Shown in pieces: positions 29,715 through 38,269 of a stretch of DNA of 39,294 nucleotides. The notes beneath the pieces were generated by a model. The model did no database searches. It had not been told where the DNA came from and saw only the letters and a program-made list of their open reading frames with translations. This DNA is from a virus. Made by a program: the position numbers and the translations under genes. Location of the stretch: UHGV virus genome UHGV-0210057. One strand, given 5' to 3'. How positions within the stretch are numbered: the stretch's first letter is position 1; every line of letters starts with the position of its first letter.

Positions 29715-30893
29715 TTACTGAAGTTTTCTTCTTGTGTATGTTAGTACATTAAATTTTTTAAACTTACTACACGGTGTCTCAATATATCTAAAACATAGCA
29801 ATGATATAAGCGTGATAAACCCAGAGAGGATTATAATAATAGCTGAAAATACAAGGCTGTTAATTTGATTAACATAGCTAACCGGAAGTATTATTTTAAA
29901 TGTTATAAAAAGTATAATGCCATGTAGAAGATACATGCTATATGTAGCTTCTCCAAAAACTTGACAGGTTTTTATCTTAAGAACTCCAAAAATATCGCAT
30001 CCATTTGATATCAGAATAAATGCAATACCACAGAGTGATATTGTTATTGGATTGTAAGGATTTGGAATTAAAAAACAAGTTACACATAAGATAACGATAA
30101 CGAATAAGCTTGATAATATTTTATTGAAAGGCAAGCTGTTAGGCAGTTTGTGATTTATTTTTGCTGCCAGATAACCAAAAACAAATGATAAAATATGTAT
30201 TTTTAATGATGGATAGAAAATAAAAGCAAATACACTCGCAATACTAAGAATTGTGTAAGTATTAAATTTGTCTCTTCTCATTATAAAAGCCATAAAAGGA
30301 AGAGATAAATAAAAAAACCATTCATAAACAAGTGACCACGGAACTCCGGCCATGATAAGCGACGTCTTGTGAAGACCGTTAACATCAGGCATTCCAAGGA
30401 AAGAAAAAGGAACCCATCTCGCCATAGATATTATGAGATTGGCAATTCCTGTGTTAATTTTCCAATCAGAAACATAGAACACAATTATGAATAGTAGAGA
30501 TAACGAAACCAGATACATAGGTGTTAGTCTCATTATTCTTGACCAAAATAAATCTTCCCAATTTACTGATTTATTCGAAATCAATTTCCCGAAGAACAAG
30601 AAGCCTGTAATCATAAAAAAGAAAATAACAGCTATTTTCCCAATATTAGTATAAAATAACGAATCAGGATCAGACCAAACTCCAGTATGTATGTATTGCC
30701 ACCAGAAACTGGAATGATGAAGGAAAACCATTAAAGCAAGAAATCCTCTAAGCCCATCAATTGATTCACTCCTTCCTTTGATAGGTGATAAGTGTGTTTC
30801 TGTGACAAATATTCTTGCAACCGAAAGTGAAGTAATCACCGATAAAGAAGCAATTAAAAAGCCATTAAATCCGTCAAACATAGAAATCTCCAT
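29715..30893 (-). CDS. Acyltransferase-3 family membrane protein (O-antigen acetyltransferase-like, Oac/OafA type)
   Basis: 392 aa, multiple TM helices, N-terminal motif R..S.DGLRGFLALMVFLHH typical of acyltransferase-3; strongly AT-rich; located between tailspike and integrase as in Sf6. Confidence 0.85.
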   Translation of the reverse strand: MEISMFDGFNGFLIASLSVITSLSVARIFVTETHLSPIKGRSESIDGLRGFLALMVFLHHSSFWWQYIHTGVWSDPDSLFYTNIGKIAVIFFFMITGFLFFGKLISNKSVNWEDLFWSRIMRLTPMYLVSLSLLFIIVFYVSDWKINTGIANLIISMARWVPFSFLGMPDVNGLHKTSLIMAGVPWSLVYEWFFYLSLPFMAFIMRRDKFNTYTILSIASVFAFIFYPSLKIHILSFVFGYLAAKINHKLPNSLPFNKILSSLFVIVILCVTCFLIPNPYNPITISLCGIAFILISNGCDIFGVLKIKTCQVFGEATYSMYLLHGIILFITFKIILPVSYVNQINSLVFSAIIIILSGFITLISLLCFRYIETPCSKFKKFNVLTYTRRKLQ

Positions 30894-31207
30894 TACCCCT
30901 GTGTTTTTTGTACAATCAAAGATTTTGTGGGCACTAAGAAAATTAGTGTATATAAACCATGCTTAAATTGCATAAATATTGAATATAGCATCGATGGCTC
31001 ACTATCCTTACGTTATCAAAAAAATGTGTATACCGTGATTATGCTTGATAATTATTTGACCGCAGTGTTGTATAGTCTACTGCTTTCTAATCTACAAGCA
31101 TCATGGCATAAATCCAGTATCTAGAACTAATAAGATTAACAATTGGATCACAAGTGATTGGCTTAGTTCACTGAGCCATGCATTGTTACCCTCTGATTAA
31201 AGATTAA

Positions 31208-32401
31208 TTACTCAGCCTTCCCATCAAGCCATTCCGCCCACCACTGCATCATTTCTCTGCGCTTATCTAGATACTGAGCATGGTTGTAAATCCCGCGCAC
31301 AGATCCGCCGTTGGCATGTGCCAGTTGCACTTCAATGGCGTCGGCAGGCCATTCGTGCTCGTTCATAATCGTGCTGAATTCATGCCTGAATCCGTGACCG
31401 CTTTCCAGCCCCTCATAGCCGATTTGTTTGATCACAAGCAATACCGCGTTCTCGCAGATTGGTTTCTTCTTATCGTTGCGCCCGGCAAAAACAAACTCTG
31501 AGACTGGTTTGGTGATTGAGCTTAGCGTAGTAAGAAGTTCAACCACCTGGTCTGACATAGGAACCACATGAATTTTGCGTCCCTTCATCACACTGGCGTC
31601 GATGGTGATAATCCTGTTTTCAAAATCGACGTTCTTCCATTGCATGGAACGAAGCTCTTTCGTTCTTAGGGCTGTGTAGCGTAAGACTTTGGTCGCAATG
31701 AGCGATACGATACTTCCTGAAAATGTTGCCAGTGCTTTGTTGAATGCAGGGATCTGGTCTGCTGGAAGAAACGGGAAGTTCTTCTTGCGGTATCCTTTCA
31801 TGGCGTCTGCAAGGTCAGGTGCCGGGTTATATTTAGCCCTTCCGGTGACAATAGCGTAACGAAAAACCTCGCCGCATCTTCTGCGGGCTTTATTGGCTCG
31901 CTCCATTGCACCGCGATCTTCAAATCTGCGGATTACTTCCAGCAGTTGCATCGGCTCAATATCCTGAATCTCAAGGCCGCCGATGATGGGTAAAATGTCG
32001 TCATCAAACATTTTTGCAAGTTCATTTGCATAGCCTACTGACCAGACTTGCTTCTTGTGCTCGTACCATTCCTTGTAAATGGCGCTAAAGGAATTGTTGT
32101 TAGACGAAGCCTTTTTCGCCTTTACCGGATCGATGCCAACCGAGATGTCTTTCCTCGCGGTCCATGCTTTATCCCTTGCCTCCTGCAAAGTCATAAGCGG
32201 ATATTTTCCGACAGTCAGGATTTTCTCCTTACCGTCAATCTTGTAGCGAAGCTGCCATACCTTTTTCCCTGATACAGGGACATAAAGGTACAGGCCATTA
32301 CCATCGAGAAGGCGGTATGGTTTTTCTTTCGGCTTTGCTGCTTCAATCTGCTTAACGGTGAGCATGGGTAAAAATCCGGTGGGTAAAATTATTTTATCCA
32401 C
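31208..32401 (-). CDS. int: Tyrosine integrase, P4-type (N-terminal DUF4102-like arm-binding domain)
   Basis: 397 aa; N-terminal LTVKQIEAAKPKEKPYRLLDGNGLYLYV..GKKVWQLRY motif, C-terminal catalytic region (HGFRHEF...LAHA......Y). Confidence 0.9.
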   Translation of the reverse strand: MDKIILPTGFLPMLTVKQIEAAKPKEKPYRLLDGNGLYLYVPVSGKKVWQLRYKIDGKEKILTVGKYPLMTLQEARDKAWTARKDISVGIDPVKAKKASSNNNSFSAIYKEWYEHKKQVWSVGYANELAKMFDDDILPIIGGLEIQDIEPMQLLEVIRRFEDRGAMERANKARRRCGEVFRYAIVTGRAKYNPAPDLADAMKGYRKKNFPFLPADQIPAFNKALATFSGSIVSLIATKVLRYTALRTKELRSMQWKNVDFENRIITIDASVMKGRKIHVVPMSDQVVELLTTLSSITKPVSEFVFAGRNDKKKPICENAVLLVIKQIGYEGLESGHGFRHEFSTIMNEHEWPADAIEVQLAHANGGSVRGIYNHAQYLDKRREMMQWWAEWLDGKAE

Positions 32402-32526
32402 TTTTTACCCGTCATGGAGTGCGGCTGTCAACGATCTGACGCGAACCATTACGAACTGTTAATCTACGGAAGACTTGATATTCAGGGGATTTTACGGACT
32501 GGTACGGATGGGAGCGAACTGATAAA

Positions 32527-32541
32527 TGGTGTCCCCTGCAG
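32527..32541 (-). other. Candidate attP core resembling a tRNA 3' end (argW-like)
   Basis: Minus strand reads CTGCAGGGGACACCA (acceptor-stem 3' strand, discriminator and CCA), matching my recollection of the argW tRNA-Arg(CCU) 3' end; lies in the 213-bp gap between alpA and int. Confidence 0.5.
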
Positions 32542-32614
32542 ACATCTACTTGAAGCAGCAGGGGATTGATTGGAATGGTGTTTTTTAGATGTGAAAAATA
32601 TTTTACCCGCTATT

Positions 32615-32815
32615 TTACCCATTGGCGCGGCTTAAGAGCTTATTTTTGAACTCACAATGGTCACGATATAACCATCTTGCTCGCCCGTGGATAACTTTGG
32701 CTTTAGGCAGGTCGCCGGACTTAATCCGGTCATAGATGAAGGTTTTACCAAAGCCAGTATCAGCCATGATGAATTTCAAATCAACCAGGGAATCAGGCTG
32801 TAGTTCGTGTTGCAT
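32615..32815 (-). CDS. alpA: AlpA-family excisionase / transcriptional regulator
   Basis: 66 aa with HTH motif LKFIMADTGFGKTFIYDRIKSGDLPKAKVIHGRARW typical of AlpA/Xis; immediately upstream of int on the same strand. Confidence 0.8.
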   Translation of the reverse strand: MQHELQPDSLVDLKFIMADTGFGKTFIYDRIKSGDLPKAKVIHGRARWLYRDHCEFKNKLLSRANG

Positions 32816-32833
32816 GAGTGCTATCTCCGAATA

Positions 32834-32849
32834 GGGAATCGAACCTGCA
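32834..32849 (-). other. tRNA T-arm-like fragment (degenerate att-related repeat?)
   Basis: Minus strand reads TTGCAGGTTCGATTCC (T-loop consensus GGTTCGATTCC); the 3' half of the T-stem is not complementary, so it is not a functional tRNA. Confidence 0.35.
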
Positions 32850-32857
32850 AATCAGGC

Positions 32858-32880
32858 AATAAAAAACCGCATTGATGCGG
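32858..32880 (-). terminator. Intrinsic terminator separating the early-left operon from alpA-int
   Basis: CCGCA-TTGA-TGCGG hairpin, followed on the minus strand by TTTTTT. Confidence 0.5.
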
Positions 32881-32937
32881 CGATGGTAGGTCTGGATATC
32901 TTGAGAAATGAACTGGCCTCATCGAGTGTGAGGCGGG

Positions 32938-33282
32938 TTAGTCCTTGCGTAGCTCGCTGATTCTTCTGTAAGTCTCTGGTGCTTTGTTCCCGTACGTCTT
33001 CATTTCAGACTTCAACAGAGCAACGAGGGAATCCCATTCGTTGAGGATGCCTTTGAATGCCGGAACGCGCTTTGCAACCTTGTCGAATGAATCCCTGATT
33101 TCTGGAATCTGCTCGACAAGCGCAACGCATCGCCGGAAGTCTGCTGCGTCATGGGGAGCGCCGAAGTGATGACCATAGATATTCTTTTTCAGTCCACATG
33201 CGATTGAGGCAAGAGTTGCGCTACTGATGCCAACATCGCCAGTCGATTGCCATTTCAAAACCTTCATAGCCAAATCTGACAT
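32938..33282 (-). CDS. Hypothetical protein
   Basis: 114-aa ORF with GGAG RBS; preceded by a terminator hairpin (GCCGCC..GGCGG plus T7); no family recognised. Confidence 0.5.
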   Translation of the reverse strand: MSDLAMKVLKWQSTGDVGISSATLASIACGLKKNIYGHHFGAPHDAADFRRCVALVEQIPEIRDSFDKVAKRVPAFKGILNEWDSLVALLKSEMKTYGNKAPETYRRISELRKD

Positions 33283-33383
33283 TTCTTGTCTCCAATAAAA
33301 AAACCGCCATCAGGCGGCTTGGTGTTCTTTCAGTTCTTCAATTCGAATATTGGTTACATTGTTTTCATATATGAATAAATAAA

Positions 33384-33596
33384 TTAGCTTTTTTCGTTGC
33401 CTTCGCTTTCTTTATTAATTTTAACAAACTCGTTTTTACCACGCTCTCCAAATGCGTCTTTAGAGTCGTTGTATCCGCAATCGCAGCACACATAATCATC
33501 AGACCATCCACGCATTGTTTTTTCTTTTGCAATATTTCCAGAACCGCATTTTGGACAAGACATATCACTACCTCCAAAGCATGAGAAAGATGACAA
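33384..33596 (-). CDS. Small zinc-ribbon protein
   Basis: Two CxxC pairs (CPKCG ... CCDCG); start may be Met1 or Met12. Confidence 0.5.
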   Translation of the reverse strand: MSSFSCFGGSDMSCPKCGSGNIAKEKTMRGWSDDYVCCDCGYNDSKDAFGERGKNEFVKINKESEGNEKS

Positions 33597-33659
33597 CGTA
33601 ACATTGATTGGAGATTAACAATAGATTGCTGATGTAAAAGATATGTATAAGCTTAGCTA

Positions 33660-34307
33660 TCAAAGGGGAGGTTCTGGTAGTTGCATCCAGTCGGTTACAT
33701 TGCGACTCTGTGTTTCGAAAAATTCATCACCATTGCGGACAATATCGAAAAACTCTCCGTCTCGATATTGCGCATAAAGAACGAATGCGCCATCACATAA
33801 AATAATTACGTGCTGACCATCATCTGGCATTAGCTCACTACAGCTTATCCAACCATCCGGAGTTACCGGATAGTTGCCGGGTTCTTTAATGTGCAAACGA
33901 GGCTCACCATCTTTTGGTTCAGGCCACTGGCGCTCCATGTTGATCTTCAATTTATTTTCCATAGCAGCGGTAATTTCAGCATCACTGATACCAGCACGGC
34001 GCTGTGCATCCCACAACAGGAACTGCATATCAGCCCACTCGCTGAGATCGTCAGGTTCGGCTGCGGCTTCCAGAGCCTCTTTTGAGAGGTGTTTCAGTGG
34101 ACCAATGGGGCCAACGCAGCCAAATGTGGAGTCAGACCATTTGGCATGCTCGTGGCGAACCCGCTCGCGTTCCAGTGAGGCGAGAGCGATTTTAAATGCT
34201 GTAAGCATGTGTGCTTGATCGTTGTCGAGTCCGAATGGCATTTCATCTCGTGCTGACTCAATACTGGTAATCGTATTTTGTAGCCATTCCATGGTAAAAG
34301 TGCTCAT
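33660..34307 (-). CDS. DUF550/DUF551-type prophage protein
   Basis: 215 aa; C-terminal DUF551-like motif (DGWISCSELMPDDGQHVIIL.DGAFVLYAQY) as recalled from lambdoid prophage proteins. Confidence 0.6.
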   Translation of the reverse strand: MSTFTMEWLQNTITSIESARDEMPFGLDNDQAHMLTAFKIALASLERERVRHEHAKWSDSTFGCVGPIGPLKHLSKEALEAAAEPDDLSEWADMQFLLWDAQRRAGISDAEITAAMENKLKINMERQWPEPKDGEPRLHIKEPGNYPVTPDGWISCSELMPDDGQHVIILCDGAFVLYAQYRDGEFFDIVRNGDEFFETQSRNVTDWMQLPEPPL

Positions 34308-34675
34308 CGTAAAATATCCTCTATACTGGTAAGCCCTTCATTATTTAGCCAGATCATTGCGTCATCCGGCAACTTGCTGTCTGGTTTTGCGTTTTTGAGA
34401 GAGGAACTCAGTCGCTTAATCCACATTGTCAGCTCAGTAATGCGCCTGTGTTTGCCTTCCAGCTCAACGCGCAGCTTCCCTACCGTTAGTGCAATATCCT
34501 CGTTCTCCTGGTCGCGGCGTTTGACGTATTGCTGGTTTCTTTCCCGTTCATCCAGCAGTGCCAGCACAATCGATGGTGTTACCAGCTCATGGAAAAGGTC
34601 CGCGTCAAATCCCCAGTTGTCATGCATTGCCTGCTCTGCCGCTTCACGCAGTGCCTGAGAGTTAATTTCGCTCAC
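34304..34675 (-). CDS. Ea22/Ead-like early protein
   Basis: 123 aa; N-terminus MSEINSQALREAAEQAMHDNWGFDADLFHELVTPSIV resembles the ead/Ea22-like family as recalled. Confidence 0.6.
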   Translation of the reverse strand: MSEINSQALREAAEQAMHDNWGFDADLFHELVTPSIVLALLDERERNQQYVKRRDQENEDIALTVGKLRVELEGKHRRITELTMWIKRLSSSLKNAKPDSKLPDDAMIWLNNEGLTSIEDILR

Positions 34676-34893
34676 TTCGAACCTCTCTGTTTACTGATAA
34701 GCTCCAGATCCTCCTGGCAACTTGCACAAGTCTGACAACCCTGAACGATCAGGCGTCTTCGTTCATCTATCGGATCGCCACACTCACAACAATGAGTGGC
34801 AGATACAGCCTGGTGGTTCAGACGACGCATTTTTATTGCTGTATTGCGCTGTAATTCTTCAATTTCTGATGCTGAATCAATGAGGTCTGCCAT
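34672..34893 (-). CDS. TraR/DksA-family C4 zinc-finger protein
   Basis: 73 aa with CCECGDPIDERRRLIVQGCQTCASC (C4 zinc finger of TraR/DksA type). Confidence 0.7.
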   Translation of the reverse strand: MADLIDSASEIEELQRNTAIKMRRLNHQAVSATHCCECGDPIDERRRLIVQGCQTCASCQEDLELISKQRGSK

Positions 34894-34991
34894 CTTCCAT
34901 TAATCCCTGAATTGTTGGTTAATACGCTTGAGGGTGAATGCGAATAATAAAAAAGGAGCCTGTAGCTCCCTGATGATTTTGCTTTTCATGT

Positions 34992-35273
34992 TCACCGTTC
35001 CTTAAAGACGCCGTTTAACATACCGATTGCCAGACTTAAGTGAGTCGGTGTGAATCCCATCAGCGTTACCGTTTCGCGGTGCTTCTTCAGTACGCTACGG
35101 CAAATGTCATCGACGTTTTTATCCGGAAACTGCTGTCTGGCATTTTTGATTTCAGAATTAGCCTGACGGGCAATGCTGCGAAGGGCGTTTTCTTGCTGAG
35201 GTGTCATTGAACAAGTTCCATGTCGGCAAGCATAAGCACACAGAATATGAAGCCCGCTGCCAGAAAAATGCAT
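34992..35273 (-). CDS. Hypothetical early protein
   Basis: ORF in the lambda orf61 region; the true start may be Met23 (35207). Confidence 0.4.
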   Translation of the reverse strand: MHFSGSGLHILCAYACRHGTCSMTPQQENALRSIARQANSEIKNARQQFPDKNVDDICRSVLKKHRETVTLMGFTPTHLSLAIGMLNGVFKER

Positions 35274-35283
35274 TCAGTGGTTG

Positions 35284-35475
35284 TCATACCTGGTCTCTCT
35301 CATCTGCTTCTGCTTTCGCCACCATCATTTCCAGCTTTTGTGAAAGGGATGTGGCTAACGTATGAAATTCTTCGTCTGTTTCTACTGGTATTGGCACAAA
35401 CCTGACTCCAATTTGAGCAAGGCTATGTGCCATCTCAATACTCGTTCTTAACTTAACAGGAGATGCTTTGTGCAT
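35284..35475 (-). CDS. Lambda orf63-like small protein
   Basis: 63 aa [23 protein letters not shown]...; size and position next to exo match lambda orf63 as recalled. Confidence 0.5.
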   Translation of the reverse strand: MHKASPVKLRTSIEMAHSLAQIGVRFVPIPVETDEEFHTLATSLSQKLEMMVAKAEADERDQV

Positions 35476-35636
35476 ATCGCCTCCCGTTTATTATTTATCT
35501 CCTCAGCCAGCCGCTGTGCTTTCAGTGGATTTCTGATAACAGAAAGGCCGGGAAATAACCAGCCTCGCTTTGTAATGGAGTAGACGAAAGTGATCGCGCC
35601 TACCCGGATATTATCGTGGGGATGCTTCATCGCCAT
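35448..35636 (-). CDS. Lambda orf60a-like small protein
   Basis: 62-aa ORF immediately downstream of exo on the same strand. Confidence 0.45.
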   Translation of the reverse strand: MAMKHPHDNIRVGAITFVYSITKRGWLFPGLSVIRNPLKAQRLAEEINNKREAICTKHLLLS

Positions 35637-36307
35637 TGCTCCCCAAATACAAAACCAATTTCAGCCAGTGCCTCGTCCATTTTTTCGATGAACTCCGGCA
35701 CCATCTCGTCAAAACTCGCAATGTACTTTTCATCCCGCTCAACCACGACATAATGCAGTCCTTCACGCTTCATACGCGGGTCATAGTTGGCAAAGTACCA
35801 GGCATCTTTTCGTGTCACCCACATGCTGTACTGCACCTGGGCCATGTAAGCCGATTTTATGGCCTCGAAACCACCGAGCCGGAACTTCATGAAATCCCGG
35901 GAGGTAAACGGGCATTTCAGTTCAAGGCCGTTGCCGTCACTGCATAAACCATCGGGAGAGCAGGCGGTGCGCATACTTTCGTCGCGATAGATGATCGGGG
36001 ATTCAGTAACATTCACGCCGGAAGTAAACTCAAACAGGGCTCTGGCGTCATTCTCGTACTGTTTTCCCCAGGCCAGCGCCTTAGCGTTAACTTCCGGAGC
36101 CACACCGGTGCAAATCTCAGCCAGCAGGGTGTGAAAGTAGGACATTTTCATGTCAGGCCACTTTTTTCCGGAGCGGGGTTTTGCTATCACATTGTGAACT
36201 TCTGAAGCCGTAATGACGCCGAGTCGTAATTTGTTCCACGCATCATCTCCCTGTTCGACAGCTCTCACGTCGATCCCGGTACGCTGCAGGATAATGTCCG
36301 GTGTCAT
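35627..36307 (-). CDS. exo: Lambda exonuclease (Red-alpha)
   Basis: 226 aa, near-identical to lambda Exo as recalled ([63 protein letters not shown]). Confidence 0.95.
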   Translation of the reverse strand: MTPDIILQRTGIDVRAVEQGDDAWNKLRLGVITASEVHNVIAKPRSGKKWPDMKMSYFHTLLAEICTGVAPEVNAKALAWGKQYENDARALFEFTSGVNVTESPIIYRDESMRTACSPDGLCSDGNGLELKCPFTSRDFMKFRLGGFEAIKSAYMAQVQYSMWVTRKDAWYFANYDPRMKREGLHYVVVERDEKYIASFDEMVPEFIEKMDEALAEIGFVFGEQWR

Positions 36308-37089
36308 GCAGCCACCTTCTGCTCAGAGGCTTTCTGTTTCAGGAATCCAAGAGCTTTCACTGCTTCGGCCTGTGTCAGTTCTGACGATGCGCGAATGTCG
36401 CGGCGAAATATCTGGGAACAGAGCGGCAATAAGTCGTCATCCCATGTTTTATCCAGGGCAATCAGCAGAGTGTTAATCTCCTGCATGGTTTCATCGTTAA
36501 CCGGAGTGATGTCGCGTTCCGGCTGACGTTCTGCAGTGTATGCGGTATTTTCGACAATGCGCTCGGCTTCATCCTTGTCATAGATACCAGCAAATCCGAA
36601 GGCCAGACGGGCACACTGAATCATGGCTTTATGACGTAACATCCGTTTGGGATGCGACTGCCACGGTCCCGTGATTTCTCTGCCTTCGCGGGTTTTGAAT
36701 GGTTCGCGGCGACATTCATCCATCCACTCGGTAACGCAGATCGGATGATTGCGGTCCTTGCGGTAAATCCGGCATGTACAGGATTCATTGTCCTGCTCAA
36801 AGTCCATGCCATCAAACTGCTGGTTTTCATTGATGATGCGGGACCAGCCATCAACGCCCACCACCGGAACGATGCCGTTCTGCTTATCAGGAAAGGCGTA
36901 AATTTCTTTCGTCCACGGATTAAGGCCGTACTGGTTGGCGACGATCAGCAATGCGATGAACTGCGCATCGCTGGCATCGCCTTTAAATGCCGTCTGGCGA
37001 AGAGTGGTGATCAGTTCCTGTGGGTCGACAGAATCCATGCCGACACGTTCAGCCAGCTTCCCTGCCAGCGTTGCGAGTGCTGTACTCAT
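36304..37089 (-). CDS. bet: Lambda Bet (Red-beta) single-strand annealing protein
   Basis: 261 aa, near-identical to lambda Bet as recalled ([59 protein letters not shown]). Confidence 0.95.
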   Translation of the reverse strand: MSTALATLAGKLAERVGMDSVDPQELITTLRQTAFKGDASDAQFIALLIVANQYGLNPWTKEIYAFPDKQNGIVPVVGVDGWSRIINENQQFDGMDFEQDNESCTCRIYRKDRNHPICVTEWMDECRREPFKTREGREITGPWQSHPKRMLRHKAMIQCARLAFGFAGIYDKDEAERIVENTAYTAERQPERDITPVNDETMQEINTLLIALDKTWDDDLLPLCSQIFRRDIRASSELTQAEAVKALGFLKQKASEQKVAA

Positions 37090-37094
37090 TCGTT

Positions 37095-37391
37095 TTATAC
37101 CTCTGAATCAATATCAACCTGGTGGTGAGCAATGGTTTCAACCATGTACCGGATGTGTTCTGCCATGCGCTCCTGAAACTCAACATCGTCATCAAACGCA
37201 CGGGTAATGGCTTTTTTGCTGGCCCCGTGGCGTTGCAAATGATCGATGCATAGCGATTCAAACAGATGCTGGGGCAGGCCTTTTTCCATGTCGTCTGCCA
37301 GTTCTGCCTCTTTCTCTTCACGGGCGATCTGCTGGTAGTGACGCGCCCAGCTCTGAGCCTCAAGACGATCCTGAATGTAATAAGCGTTCAT
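37095..37391 (-). CDS. gam: Gam RecBCD inhibitor
   Basis: 98 aa, near-identical to the short form of lambda Gam as recalled ([59 protein letters not shown]). Confidence 0.95.
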   Translation of the reverse strand: MNAYYIQDRLEAQSWARHYQQIAREEKEAELADDMEKGLPQHLFESLCIDHLQRHGASKKAITRAFDDDVEFQERMAEHIRYMVETIAHHQVDIDSEV

Positions 37392-37467
37392 GGCTGAACT
37401 CCTGAAAATGGCTGTGAAAATAGCGCCCGCGAAATGCCAGGCTGATTAGGAAAACAGGAAAGGGGGG

Positions 37468-37674
37468 TTAGTGATTCAGGCCTTTACCGCGTCCGTCGAG
37501 AAAAACTTCCACGAGCAAATCACGGGTATAAGTGCGCTCGATGCCGCGATGCAGATAAAGCCGTCCGCGTAAATTAGCTGATGCAGTCCAGGTACCATCT
37601 TTGTGTTTGACCAGCATTCCTGGCATGACCGCGCCGCGATTAACGGTCTGCGTTCCGTAATGTTGATGAACCAT
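37468..37674 (-). CDS. kil: Kil-like protein (Rac KilR-like FtsZ inhibitor)
   Basis: 68 aa from MVHQHYGTQ...; strong CAGGAG RBS 5-6 nt before this ATG; pattern (H.YGT......V.PG..V.H..G...ASAN..GR.LY.......T.D.LVEVFL.GRG) resembles KilR as recalled; the in-frame upstream extension to 37758 has only a weak RBS. Confidence 0.6.
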   Translation of the reverse strand: MVHQHYGTQTVNRGAVMPGMLVKHKDGTWTASANLRGRLYLHRGIERTYTRDLLVEVFLDGRGKGLNH

Positions 37675-37945
37675 AAAAACTCCTGCCCGTAAGCTGGGCT
37701 GCTGAACATATAGAGACTTCTGCGCGTATTCAGGCGGTGGATGGCCGCCGGTTGCCATAACTAAGCCGCCTCGTTGAAGCGACTAAGGTATGAAATGTTG
37801 AGTTGATTTCAGCTGGTCACACCGACGTTCACGCGTCCGTTTCACCCCTCGCACTCCCCGAAGCCTGCTGAAATTCAAACTGCGGATCTAAGCGGTCATC
37901 GCAACGGTGAATCAGGTGGTTGCCGTATCGTTGTGTTGTTGCGAT
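37675..37945 (-). promoter_or_regulatory. Long (about 270 nt) untranslated, potentially structured PL leader; no N gene
   Basis: No RBS-associated ORF between PL and kil; 9-bp perfect inverted repeat CATCGCAAC/GTTGCGATG (plus coordinates 37897-37905 and 37938-37946) and an 8-bp inverted repeat (37806-37813 / 37867-37874) enclosing GC-rich sub-stems. Confidence 0.4.
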
Positions 37946-37951
37946 GAACTT

Positions 37952-38030
37952 ATTTAAAACTATAGTTGTTTTATCGTCAACAACAAAAGTTGTTTTATTG
38001 GTTGTTTTAGATATAACTGGTTGTATTTAG
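37952..38030 (-). promoter_or_regulatory. PL promoter with OL operators
   Basis: On the minus strand TTGACG-17 bp-TTAAAT, parallel to PR (TTGACT-17 bp-TAATCT); repeated GTTGTT/AACAAC operator half-sites. Confidence 0.5.
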
Positions 38031-38120
38031 GATGGATTTATTTTGTGACTTGAATCGCATAGCGATAACTGAAGCGAGGTTATGGTGGTTTTTTTAACGG
38101 TGTGTGTGATGAGGGGAGGG

Positions 38121-38148
38121 CAAAAGAAAACCCGGCACGGTGACCGGG
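38121..38148 (-). terminator. Intrinsic terminator downstream of cI
   Basis: CCCGG-CACGGTGA-CCGGG hairpin followed on the minus strand by TTTTCTTTT. Confidence 0.5.
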
Positions 38149-38269
38149 ATTCTTACGCCGTTAGGTAAAGATATTATTGCGGTGGCTTAATATTACTACC
38201 TAGAGCAAAGATAGGAATTAGTTCTTTACTGAATGAGCACAATGCCCAGTTGATAATTTTTAATTGGTA

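Noticed and set aside
30894-31207. attP in the lambda-like position downstream of int
   Set aside because: No tRNA-like or other recognisable core sequence here, whereas a tRNA 3'-end-like 15-mer lies between alpA and int; this cannot be excluded without host junction data.
32826-32850. Possible tRNA gene (GGTTCGATTCC T-loop motif)
   Set aside because: The flanking sequence cannot form a T-stem or acceptor stem and no D-arm or anticodon arm is evident; treated as an att-related fragment or relic, not a tRNA gene.
36652-37128. 158-aa plus-strand ORF inside bet
   Set aside because: Antisense to the near-lambda-identical bet gene.
37675-37758. N-terminal extension of the kil ORF (96-aa version starting at 37758)
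   Set aside because: Only a weak RBS at 37758, whereas a strong CAGGAG RBS precedes the internal ATG at 37674; the 68-aa version also matches KilR size better. The upstream part is treated as leader.
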